Below, one piece after another: positions 42,137 to 51,279 of a stretch of 64,000 bases of DNA. The number at the start of each line of letters is the position of its first letter. The first letter of the stretch is position 1. This stretch comes from a virus (Duplodnaviria; Caudoviricetes), in the IMG/VR virus record IMGVR_UViG_3300046526_000553, positions 79,779-143,778 of that record; one strand, given 5' to 3'. The notes under the pieces were generated by a model. That model saw only the letters and a list, made by a program, of their open reading frames with translations, ran no database searches and was not told the origin of the DNA. The position numbers were made by a program, and so were the translations under genes.

Positions 42137-42753
42137 TACCTACCTCTCATAACGATGGCTTCAACATCTGTCACATTCCATTCCGCTAATACTAGAAAGG
42201 TATTACTATTGATACGCTCTAATAGATATGGGTCTTTGACGGGAGCAAATTTTGACCATTTATCGACTTCAAACAAAATATAGTATTTGTCTAAACTTTT
42301 CGGGGTTGGAATGTGAGCCGGGATAATCGGGACATTAGTTACAAGTTTATCTTCGAAAATATTCGCCCATGCTGCCACAGAAAGGTTACTGTTCTTCACC
42401 TTCCATGACTCAAAAGTTGATTCAGGCAAGTAAACCTCACCAGCAAACTTCCTTTCTCTCCAGTCATCAGGGTCATATTTAGTAAATCTCCCCGCCCCCT
42501 CAGCTTCTTTGGCGAAATAAACTTGCTTCGCATCAGCCCTAACTATAGCTAATTTCGGTCTATCATATTCATCTTTACCGGTATCATTGAAAGCTTGATA
42601 AATATCAATAACCTTATACCCCTTTTTCAGCGCATAGTAAACTCGCCTCAGCGCATTATATTCTCTTGACTGACGGGTTTTAGCAGCTTCCAGATATTCT
42701 TTATATTTTTGCTCTGCTACATCTTTATCTAGTTCAACTTTTGTGACTTGCAT
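42136..42753 (-). CDS. Conserved hypothetical phage protein
   Basis: PKLAIVRAD...ILFEV..W...DPYLL...VLAEW. Confidence 0.75.
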   Translation of the reverse strand: MQVTKVELDKDVAEQKYKEYLEAAKTRQSREYNALRRVYYALKKGYKVIDIYQAFNDTGKDEYDRPKLAIVRADAKQVYFAKEAEGAGRFTKYDPDDWRERKFAGEVYLPESTFESWKVKNSNLSVAAWANIFEDKLVTNVPIIPAHIPTPKSLDKYYILFEVDKWSKFAPVKDPYLLERINSNTFLVLAEWNVTDVEAIVMRGR

Positions 42754-43099
42754 AAGAATTCCCTTCGTTCATTTTTCATCTCCTCCATTTATTAACTCTC
42801 GCTCAGAATCAGAAAGAATTAGAATCGGTGAAATATATTTAAAAGTCTTTCCTTTATGTTTTATGCCCATATGTATTTTAATAGATGTCCAGTCTTTTAT
42901 CCCAAACTTGTCCACAAGTCTCTCCATAAATAACATATAATCTTCTACAGGTATATTAGGTTCGGCTATTTTTTTGAGTATTGAGTCATCAAAATTAGAC
43001 TCTTTTTGATAATCACAGAACTGACATTTGGAAATCATACTAACTCCCGTATAATCTTATTTTTCGAAGCAGATTAAGTTAATTTTGCCGATAGCTATA

Positions 43100-43516
43100 T
43101 TATACATGCCTATTCCTTTTGAGGGGATAGTCCAACCCGTCGAGACAATTACTCTTTGCTACACTTAATCGTTGGAATAATGTTTTATATGAAATATTTA
43201 TCAAATCGGCAGCATAAGATAAGGGTAAGGTTTCTCCTTTATAACTAACTAATTTAACGCTGCGTCTGTTGTTTGCCTGAGTTCTTCTATCTGCCCAAAC
43301 TACATTGCCATGTATATATCCTAACGAATTGTCTTTACGCTCCAAGGTAAGTTTTGGATTCGGAGCTATGCCAACATCAAGTTTCCAGCTCACTTGTACA
43401 ACTTCAAGATAATAATATCTTCTTGTAGTGTTTACCCTTGACCGTTTTGTTATGGATATCGAACCATCACTATCAAAAACTCCTGCTAGATATATGCTAA
43501 AATATTCCATAGTCAT
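43100..43516 (-). pseudogene. LAGLIDADG N-terminus fused to HNH C-terminus (chimeric remnant)
   Basis: YLAGVFDSDGSISI followed by LTLERKDNSLGYIHGNVVWADRRTQANNRR. Confidence 0.65.
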
Positions 43517-43635
43517 GAATTATACACGAACAGTTAAGGAAAATCAAGCAGAAATAGTTGTAAATAATGTCCTATCCAAGGCAACTAATCGCAGTGGTAT
43601 TATAAACTTATAAGTTAAATTTGGGAGTAGGATTT

Positions 43636-43878
43636 ATGACTCATATTACGATTTTTTCAAACAAAAGCTGTGCGTCTTGCAGTATGATAAAGAAATTCCT
43701 TAAGCTTAAAAATATGTCCTATAATGAAGTCGATTTGGACGAACATCCTGGGCTCCAAGCCGAAGCGTTCAAACTGAGTGGGGTTATGTCAGTCCCAGTT
43801 ATTGTTATTGTTAGGGATGAGAAGCAGTCAGTTTTGGTCGGATATAATCTTGCTAAATTAGCTCCTGCACTGGCTTAG
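43636..43878 (+). CDS. Glutaredoxin/NrdH-like redoxin
   Basis: ITIFSNKSCASC...SVPV...VGYN. Confidence 0.85.
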   Translation: MTHITIFSNKSCASCSMIKKFLKLKNMSYNEVDLDEHPGLQAEAFKLSGVMSVPVIVIVRDEKQSVLVGYNLAKLAPALA

Positions 43879-44360
43879 TTGAATAAAGGATAGTATTTCT
43901 CAAATTTCTCACTGTTTAAGAAAAGAGTCGGTTTCTGCCCCAATTTTAATTCGTGCCACCACAAAGCCATCCGACCTGACCGACCGTTACCATCCGCAAA
44001 ACTATGTACGTGCTCATAACGCTTATGCATTTCAATTGGGTCAAGATTTTGCCAATTTTCTTTCATATCCAAAAGCCAGTTATTAAGCAAATCATCCACT
44101 AACCACCAAGAAGGAGCTATTTTGTCTCCAATATATACATTAATTTTGGACATACTGCGAGTATAACCACGCTGGTCTGTTCTCAGGTCGTCTTGAAGCA
44201 AAGTTATCATTTTCTGGAGTTTACAGATATTGGAAAAAGTCAATTCTGGCTGTTTTTTGAACCAGTTCCAGGCAACTAGGGATTGTTTGTCATAAGCTAG
44301 GTCGTCGATAGACTCTATCAAATTCGATTCATGAATATACTGTTTTATATCGAGTTTCAC
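43875..44360 (-). CDS. Fic/DOC family protein
   Basis: HSFADGNGRSGR Fic motif; ESNLIE N-terminal motif. Confidence 0.9.
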   Translation of the reverse strand: MKLDIKQYIHESNLIESIDDLAYDKQSLVAWNWFKKQPELTFSNICKLQKMITLLQDDLRTDQRGYTRSMSKINVYIGDKIAPSWWLVDDLLNNWLLDMKENWQNLDPIEMHKRYEHVHSFADGNGRSGRMALWWHELKLGQKPTLFLNSEKFEKYYPLFN

Positions 44361-44366
44361 AATAAT

Positions 44367-44627
44367 TTACTTTTTCGGGCGATTTATCATTAACCTATCT
44401 ATACCGCCTGTGAAGTCCCGTAAATTTGGTACTTCTATTTCGAAAGCTTCTTCGTTTGCCTCCCAGTACAGGCTTGAAGTCATATCATCACATTTGTCGC
44501 ACCATAGATTTAGAAGAGTCGGTGGCCCAATATCATCCACATCGGGCATATCTATCCAATCTTTCAATTGGTCAAAGAAGTTTATGGGTTCATGGCATCT
44601 TGGACAATTTAAATCAATTTGAGTCAT
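44367..44627 (-). CDS. Small Zn-ribbon protein
   Basis: CPRC...CDKC; probable start MTQID after the boxed promoter. Confidence 0.55.
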   Translation of the reverse strand: MTQIDLNCPRCHEPINFFDQLKDWIDMPDVDDIGPPTLLNLWCDKCDDMTSSLYWEANEEAFEIEVPNLRDFTGGIDRLMINRPKK

Positions 44628-44794
44628 ATTTTCAATATACACCATCATAACACTAAAATCAATGCTTTACTGTTTGTGCATACATCGCCATAGGGATTTT
44701 TGCCTCGCAAAATTTTCGAGCTTTAACCATTTCGAAAATCCGAATTTCAGAATTGCTTTTTTGTGACGGTCGTGTATAATAAATAAACAGTAAT

Positions 44795-45139
44795 ATGAAA
44801 AAACATATAGTAACTTTTTCCCAAATAGTTTTTTTATTAATCTTATTTCCAATTATAATTTTGGTCATTATATCTATATCATTCTCAAGCTATTTAAAAT
44901 TGAAGTGGCACAGAAGCTGGGTTCTGCGTAGTATTATTACGATTATATTTATAGGATGTTTTATAGTTTTTGCTGCTGGTGTTACTAGGGAGCAGGATAA
45001 ATGTAATAAGTTGGCTAGTAAACAATTAAGTAAAAAACAATATCTTATAATGCAGGAGCAATATAATCGGCAGAAACCTACACCACGCATGCAATTTAAT
45101 GAATCTTTATATGTTTTTAATAAATGTATTGGCTCATGA
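44795..45139 (+). CDS. 2-TM membrane protein
   Basis: Two hydrophobic helices. Confidence 0.55.
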   Translation: MKKHIVTFSQIVFLLILFPIIILVIISISFSSYLKLKWHRSWVLRSIITIIFIGCFIVFAAGVTREQDKCNKLASKQLSKKQYLIMQEQYNRQKPTPRMQFNESLYVFNKCIGS

Positions 45140-45141
45140 GA

Positions 45142-45170
45142 TTGACATTTCCGTTACGCTGGTGTATATT
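45142..45170 (+). promoter_or_regulatory. Promoter of pentamer array 1
   Basis: TTGACA-17-TATATT with gctggtg box; array begins 8 nt downstream. Confidence 0.85.
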
Positions 45171-45177
45171 AATTATT

Positions 45178-45918
45178 GGCTTGGATAGTCCTGCTTAGAC
45201 ACCTCTGGGCTCGGTGCGTCACGGCTAGGCGAGGCAGGCGAGTTGAGTCTGGTCTCGGTGCGTCGTGGCACGTCGTGGTGCGTTGTGGTAATCGGAGCGG
45301 GGCAGGTTATGTTCAGGCAAGTCGGGGCTACGCAGGCACGTCGCCATTTGGCTAGATACGGTTAGTCTAGATATGTTTAGACAGGGCATGGCAGGCAAGG
45401 CTGGGTTCCGATGACTCGTTGGGGCTGGTCGTCACGAGTCACGGCTAGGCGAGGCAGGCTAGGAAAGTCGGGATGCGTCCCGCCATGTCGAGGCGCGTGA
45501 TGACATGACAAGATATGGACAGGCAGGCTTGGCACCGATGTCGCGGTCAGTCGAGACCTGTCAGGGTCAGACTAAGCATGGCAGGCGGGGGAAGTCGCGT
45601 CGGGTTGAGCCGGGGTTTGGTTTGTCGGGTCTTGAGTTAGCGTGTTCTGTTGAGGTTAGGCAGGCAAGTCGTTTCTTGGTATGTCTCCTCGTGGCACGTC
45701 GAGTCATGTCAAGGCGTTACACGGCAGGCATGACGTGGATGGCGAGTTCCGACGAGTCCGTGCGAGATTAGGCAATGCAGGCAAGATGTGACAGGTTCTG
45801 TTGTGTCGAGTTTTGTCAGGTTGGGGCGTAGCTAAGCAATGCATGGCAGGCAAGTCGAGTCCCGGTTAATCGGGTCGAGTCCGGACGAGTCTTGGCGGGG
45901 CGAGGTAAGGTGCGATTA
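45178..45918 (+). ncRNA. Pentamer (G-D-Y-N-N) repeat array, 12 units delimited by GCAGG; candidate guide-RNA array
   Basis: 5-nt phase such as ggcta ggaaa gtcgg gatgc gtccc gccat gtcga; GCAGG at 45234, 45302, 45332, 45391, 45454, 45523, 45581, 45660, 45724, 45777, 45846. Confidence 0.8.
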
Positions 45919-45921
45919 TTA

Positions 45922-45950
45922 TTGACTTTTAGGTGGTGTTGGTGTAATGT
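45922..45950 (+). promoter_or_regulatory. Promoter of pentamer array 2
   Basis: TTGACT-17-TAATGT with gttggtg box; same ATTATTGGC start context as array 1. Confidence 0.7.
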
Positions 45951-45958
45951 ATATTATT

Positions 45959-46057
45959 GGCGGGGAATGTCGAGGCATACTGAGTTAAGTCTTGGTGAGT
46001 CAGGTCGAGACTAGTCAATGCAGGTACGTCGAGGTTTATTATGTCGAGTCAAGGCTT
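45959..46057 (+). ncRNA. Second short pentamer array, 2 units
   Basis: ggcgg ggaat gtcga ggcat actga gttaa gtctt ggtga gtcag gtcga gacta gtcaa tgca ggtac gtcga... Confidence 0.75.
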
Positions 46058-46061
46058 CCCT

Positions 46062-47642
46062 TTATATAAACCACCGCCGTTCAGAGGTCTGAGGCGTGGA
46101 ATTGCTCCACGTCTTTTCCCTTTTTTCACTCATTCCCTCAATATTAACGTTATCATCTTCAGCCTTACTTTCTCTGTCATCAGAATATAAACTCCAAATT
46201 TTTGGAATTTTTCCGCTGGGCTCCCATACAGCTAGAGCACAACTATAGAAAGAATCTGCGTGTCCTTCAGAACTTTCCTGTGCTCGTAAATCATTGTCAA
46301 CCATTAGTATTTGTGAAATCTGGCGACGTTCATTTATAAAATGAATAAGATTTTGATTCACTAACCCACCGAAATGAGCTGCCATAGCACCGGTTCTTCT
46401 GCTACTCATAACAATCGGTTGCATACAACCGTCTAGCTTTCCTCTTTCAGCATAACTTTGCAGCTCGCCCCTAGTATCATCATAATATAAGTTACTTACA
46501 TTAAAATATTCACAAACTCTATTAACATGGTCAACCTGGTCTTTATAATCAATGCCATCAAACCAGTGTCCATAGACTTGTCTATATGAATAAATATCTT
46601 TTCCTTTATCATCCTCATGCTCGAATTTCTTGGCGAATAAAGCTAAATGTGATGGGTGAACTTTTTTACCAATGTCAAGTCCCGCAACAACAATTTCATC
46701 CTGCAATAATGGTTGTGGTTCTAGTTTACAGTTTTCTCTTGTGCTTAGCTCAATTAATTTGTCTCTTTTTATATAAGAACGTGATAATGCTACTGGCATT
46801 GCCTGATATTCTCGGTCAAATGTATCTGCATCCATCGAGATTCGTATAGCATTTAATTGGTCATAACTATATCTTTCAGGCCATAGTGTAACTTTATTTG
46901 GTTCATCAATAATTGAGGGAGCAATTGTTATTTTGAATAAAGTTCCTATACCCTTTTTATCGAAAAAGAAATCTTGGCCAGTCTGTGGGGTCCCAGCCAT
47001 TCGACAGATACCATTAGGTTTCTTAATCATAGGTAATAAGTCGCCCCGAATTGCATTATTTATTTTTTTAATCGCCACTGGGTCAGGAGCAGCGCCATCG
47101 GTTTCGGTTTTTAGCGGATCGTCAACATAAAGTCTGTCACAATGGATTCCTCGATTATTGCCGAGTAATCCTTTGGGGTGTATGGTCATCAACGAGCCTT
47201 TTTCACCCCAACTATAACTTAAGATGCTCTCGGCTTGAGGTTTCCTATCGATAAGCGTTGAGAAGAATGGATTATAAGCAATTTCTTGTTTTAATTTTTT
47301 TAGTTGATAACTAGCCATTGATTCAGAATATGAAAAATATTGTGCTTCGAAGCCTGCATTGTCCGTTGCAATAAATATCGCATAACAAATATCACAGTGT
47401 AATCTTGTACTTTTAAAATGGTCACGACCAGAAACATCAATTGTATACTTATTTTCTTCAAAGTTTTTGGCAATATCTTCCAAGTATTTTCCTGTAACAA
47501 ATGTGCTATTAGGCTCGAAACAATATCTAAATATATTATCTATGAACCAGTAGAATCCTGAAGACCTAGCTTTCTTCCGTGCCAAATCAATAGCCAAAGC
47601 TATCTTCTGCAGCTGCTGTTCTTGCTCATCACTTTCGTTCAT
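46062..47642 (-). CDS. terL: Terminase large subunit
   Basis: Walker A variant GRDHFKS, RGIHCDRLYVDDP, GTPQ, LWPERY, FDREYQ, AGLDIG RNase H-like nuclease, HADS. Confidence 0.9.
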   Translation of the reverse strand: MNESDEQEQQLQKIALAIDLARKKARSSGFYWFIDNIFRYCFEPNSTFVTGKYLEDIAKNFEENKYTIDVSGRDHFKSTRLHCDICYAIFIATDNAGFEAQYFSYSESMASYQLKKLKQEIAYNPFFSTLIDRKPQAESILSYSWGEKGSLMTIHPKGLLGNNRGIHCDRLYVDDPLKTETDGAAPDPVAIKKINNAIRGDLLPMIKKPNGICRMAGTPQTGQDFFFDKKGIGTLFKITIAPSIIDEPNKVTLWPERYSYDQLNAIRISMDADTFDREYQAMPVALSRSYIKRDKLIELSTRENCKLEPQPLLQDEIVVAGLDIGKKVHPSHLALFAKKFEHEDDKGKDIYSYRQVYGHWFDGIDYKDQVDHVNRVCEYFNVSNLYYDDTRGELQSYAERGKLDGCMQPIVMSSRRTGAMAAHFGGLVNQNLIHFINERRQISQILMVDNDLRAQESSEGHADSFYSCALAVWEPSGKIPKIWSLYSDDRESKAEDDNVNIEGMSEKREKTWSNSTPQTSERRWFI

Positions 47643-48294
47643 TTATATCCGCATCATATAAGTTATCTTCTTTCAAAACATCTCCGGCTGTATTGAACAA
47701 ATTATTTATTTGTTCAGGACTGAATTTAGCAATCGCCCCACTTACTTTAATATCCTTTTCAGTTTTCCCAGGTGAAGTAATGGGCATGCCCAAAGCGACT
47801 CGTTCTCCATCGATGGCTATTTTCAATGCCTCTGCAATATATTTCACATTCTGAGCGCTGTACATCATCCGTTTATCAGGAACGGTTCCAGCCTTTTCAG
47901 TAGTTGTAACATAATTATATTGTCTCTTTATGTAATCATTGGCAATCGCCAAGTTGGACTTAACAAAGGTTTGCATTTGTCGAAAAGTTTCTAAGTGTCG
48001 TTCATTTATATCTTCTTTGGTTTCATTCTTGCGAGTTTGAATCTCCATTTTTTGTTCAATATGCTTTTCTTTTTTTAATTCCATCCAATTTTGTTTTTTT
48101 GCCCAACGAGCTACACTCGTAACTGCGACGTTATAATGCCGAGCTGTTCCAACAAGTGAACTTTTTGGGTCGTTCACAAAATATTCACGAGCCTCGTCCC
48201 AATTTATTTTAGTAGGTATTCCGCTAGTCGGAGAGATGTTGGTGTTTAATGGTCTTATATCTGGTTCCATGTAATGAATTATAAGTTTTTGCAA
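47629..48294 (-). CDS. Probable terminase small subunit (HTH)
   Basis: INWDEAREYF...TARHYNV..TSVARWAKKQNW; overlaps the terL start; real start may be MEPDIR at 48270. Confidence 0.7.
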   Translation of the reverse strand: MQKLIIHYMEPDIRPLNTNISPTSGIPTKINWDEAREYFVNDPKSSLVGTARHYNVAVTSVARWAKKQNWMELKKEKHIEQKMEIQTRKNETKEDINERHLETFRQMQTFVKSNLAIANDYIKRQYNYVTTTEKAGTVPDKRMMYSAQNVKYIAEALKIAIDGERVALGMPITSPGKTEKDIKVSGAIAKFSPEQINNLFNTAGDVLKEDNLYDADINERK

Positions 48295-48726
48295 ATTAAT
48301 CCGTCAACCTAAGTTTTAACCATGTTTACACTAGATTTAACCCCTATGTATATGTCATAATATGTTGTATATTATATATTAGATGTTATAAAATATAATT
48401 ATATACTAAGATATAATTCTAACAACTCGATTTGTCTTTGTAATTTTTAGCTCATCTGTGATATAAATGTATTCAATTTGACCATAATTCTTAAAGTAAT
48501 ATCATGCAATTAATGTTATGGAGTACTAAAATTGTTCAAAAAAAGTATACCCCTATCAATATTGCATCTATAAATTTACAACGAAATTTTTCAACATTAC
48601 ATGGTTAGCCATAATTATTTTGGTAATGCTTACTTTGAATATTGTTTAACCAATAAACAGCCCTTGACACGGCAAAAATATTCCTATACTATGGGTATAT
48701 AATTAACGATTAAAGGAGAATTACCA

Positions 48727-49347
48727 ATGAAAACCCACATATTCTGTATTGTAGACCGTAGCGGTTCAATGCATGGCTTAGAGAAATCTACTATAGATGG
48801 TTATAATGAGTACGTGAACAATCTGCGTAAAGAAAAGAACACCAAACTAACCTTGGTTCTCTTTGACCATGAATACATCGTTCCAGTAGACGATAAACCT
48901 ATTAAAGATACTCCGAAATTAAATAACGAACTTTACCAGCCCCGTGGTAGTACTGCATTACTAGATGCAGTTTGTCGAACCATCAATGAACGTAAAAACA
49001 ACGTCAAGAAAACCGACAAAGCTTTGGTGGTCATCATCACTGATGGATTAGAGAATGCTTCCCATGAGTATAAAACAAAAGATATGCAAGACCTTGTGCA
49101 TGGATTGGAAAAGAAAGGTAACTGGGTTTTTACGTATTTAGGAGCTAATCAAGATGCATGGTCTGTGGCTCAAGCTTGGGGATTTCAGGCAGGTAATGTT
49201 GCTTCATATAATGCCACAGATTTAGGTACACAATCCGTTTATATGGCTTCAAGTGCAAGCAGCTTAAACTTCATACGTTCTGGCAAAACCACTACCGATA
49301 CATTCTTTAGTGAAGAACAGAAAACGAATCTTAAAAAGACTAAGTAA
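48727..49347 (+). CDS. von Willebrand factor A domain protein
   Basis: MIDAS motif DRSGSM, PRGSTALLDA, IITDGLENAS, YLGANQDA. Confidence 0.9.
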   Translation: MKTHIFCIVDRSGSMHGLEKSTIDGYNEYVNNLRKEKNTKLTLVLFDHEYIVPVDDKPIKDTPKLNNELYQPRGSTALLDAVCRTINERKNNVKKTDKALVVIITDGLENASHEYKTKDMQDLVHGLEKKGNWVFTYLGANQDAWSVAQAWGFQAGNVASYNATDLGTQSVYMASSASSLNFIRSGKTTTDTFFSEEQKTNLKKTK

Positions 49348-49352
49348 GAATT

Positions 49353-49694
49353 ATGGCAACGAAGAAGCATTACATAAAATTTTGGGCAAACGACGATACC
49401 TTCAACTACGTCAAAGGATTAAAGGAAGGCACTCGTGGCAATACTATCAATGAAGCCATTAGATTGTATTCTGATATGAATGATTTGGCACAACCAACAG
49501 TGATAGCAATGCGTGATGCATATTATTCTTCTGCCACTGCAGCTTCAGACGCATCATCTAAGGCTTTAAGTTCTATCAATACGGTATACAACAGTTTACC
49601 TGCCAATAACCGCTTAGTATGTCCCGCAGGGCATCTGTGGATGAACGGCAGTAACCAATGTGTCGCTAATAAATGTCAATATTCTAAGAAGTAA
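49353..49694 (+). CDS. RHH-like protein with Cys/His tail
   Basis: NTINEAIRLY; CPAGH...C....C. Confidence 0.5.
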   Translation: MATKKHYIKFWANDDTFNYVKGLKEGTRGNTINEAIRLYSDMNDLAQPTVIAMRDAYYSSATAASDASSKALSSINTVYNSLPANNRLVCPAGHLWMNGSNQCVANKCQYSKK

Positions 49695-49708
49695 TACACA
49701 GACAGTTT

Positions 49709-50431
49709 ATGCTCGACTTTTTCATTATAGAATGGTACACTACTGCCATGTCCAAAATCATATGTAAACTTGATGGTTGTGATGAAAGAATGTTAGCGAA
49801 AGGCTTCTGCAGTAAACACTATAAGCAATATAGACGAAAAGGGTTCGCCAATATTAACACTCGGAGACTGCCCAATGAATATAGGATTTGTGGCGATATC
49901 ACATATGTGGGGATATGTAATATAAGAGGCGTGATAATAGCAGAATTCATCATAGACACAGAAGATATGGAAAAAGTAAAAGCTTATGGAAAATGGTGCA
50001 TGTCCGGGGAGTATGTGGGAAGCCGTAGGGATATTGATAAGGGCCTTCGCCTGCATCGTTTCATAATGAATTGCCCTGATGGTTTAGTAGTAAATCATTG
50101 GAATCACAATAAACTAGACTGCAGAAAAATAAATTTGGTTGTATGTACGTCATCAGATAACAATTATTACAGTAAAAAACCAAAAGGTACGAAATATCCT
50201 TATAAGGGCGTTTTCTATGCCCCTACATCACGAAGAATACGAAAATGGTGTGCACAATTTGGGGTTAATTACAAAAAATGTGTCATTAGCTCTTTGAATG
50301 ATATGGAGGAGGCAGCTTGGATATATGACCAAATCATTATGCAAATAGCCGGGGAGTTTGCATATACAAATTTCAAATGGGATGACCGAAATAACTATAT
50401 CGGTGCCGATGGTCCAGATATGCTAGTGTAA
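49709..50431 (+). CDS. HNH-AP2 homing endonuclease
   Basis: AKGFCSKHY, LHRFIM...VVNHWNHNKLDCRKINL, YKGV...AAWIYD; real start probably MSKIIC. Confidence 0.85.
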   Translation: MLDFFIIEWYTTAMSKIICKLDGCDERMLAKGFCSKHYKQYRRKGFANINTRRLPNEYRICGDITYVGICNIRGVIIAEFIIDTEDMEKVKAYGKWCMSGEYVGSRRDIDKGLRLHRFIMNCPDGLVVNHWNHNKLDCRKINLVVCTSSDNNYYSKKPKGTKYPYKGVFYAPTSRRIRKWCAQFGVNYKKCVISSLNDMEEAAWIYDQIIMQIAGEFAYTNFKWDDRNNYIGADGPDMLV

Positions 50432-50466
50432 TTATGGACGGTAAGCCAAAGGATGCCTGATTCTTC

Positions 50467-51030
50467 CTACGACTGTTCAAAATCACTAGCCTGAGGCGTA
50501 TGATGAGGCTTAGGAAGATATCTTTTGTAGGTCTTAGGGTCTCTTTTGGCAGCCTTTTCCAGCTGTTCCTTATACCATCCGCTATTCCTAGATGTGGCAG
50601 GCATAAAATTTGAAGTCGGTATTTCCGGTACCTTTCTCTTAGTAGTATCAACTTTTTCCAAACTATGCTTCGGTTCAGGCTTGTCTTTCTTATCTTTATC
50701 CTGTGTTTCCACCTCATTAAGTGGTGCCAACTGCATTTTCTTATAAGCTCTTTGACAATCAGGTGAATCATAATAATGATTCCATGAGTTCGGCATAAAC
50801 TCACCTCCACAATATAAACAGGTACGCAAAGATAGATGTTCAACTGTATCTGGTTTTTTATCCTTCGGTTTGACTTCAGTCTTCTGCTTAATTCTTTCAG
50901 TTTCAGATTTTATAGCTTTTACCGTCTTAGCTATTGCAGTTTTATCAGCCTTATCTGACTTTGTGATTTTGATAACAGGTTCAACACCCTCACCTGAAGT
51001 GTCGATATTTATAGTAATAGTTATTTGCAT
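50467..51030 (-). CDS. Lys-rich hypothetical protein with Zn-finger-like CLYC
   Basis: Long ORF; CLYCGGEF...C. Confidence 0.6.
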   Translation of the reverse strand: MQITITINIDTSGEGVEPVIKITKSDKADKTAIAKTVKAIKSETERIKQKTEVKPKDKKPDTVEHLSLRTCLYCGGEFMPNSWNHYYDSPDCQRAYKKMQLAPLNEVETQDKDKKDKPEPKHSLEKVDTTKRKVPEIPTSNFMPATSRNSGWYKEQLEKAAKRDPKTYKRYLPKPHHTPQASDFEQS

Positions 51031-51279
51031 AGTTTGTAATTGTACACTAGCTTTCTGATTTTTTCAAGTGTTGACTGTTGAAGAAAAAAGTGGTTGACAG
51101 CTATTAACTCCTTATGGAACAATGATGATAACCGTTTGTTTTTACCAAAAATAGCATTCGGGGGTAAGGCATAAGACAACAAGAAAAGCGCCCTTACGGA
51201 CGCTCTTGTTTGTTCTTACCAAAAGATATTATTAATATATCACAGGCTAACAGTGTCTTGCAAATAGTAAATTAATAAT

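Noticed and set aside
45505-45771. 88-aa ORF inside the pentamer array
   Set aside because: No RBS; its Arg/Gly/Ser-rich composition is a by-product of the repeat; it covers only part of the array, and a 5-nt period does not fit codon structure
45178-46057. Canonical CRISPR array or TIGR-type array
   Set aside because: No 23-47 bp identical repeats, no fixed unit length, no box C/D-like motifs and no cas genes
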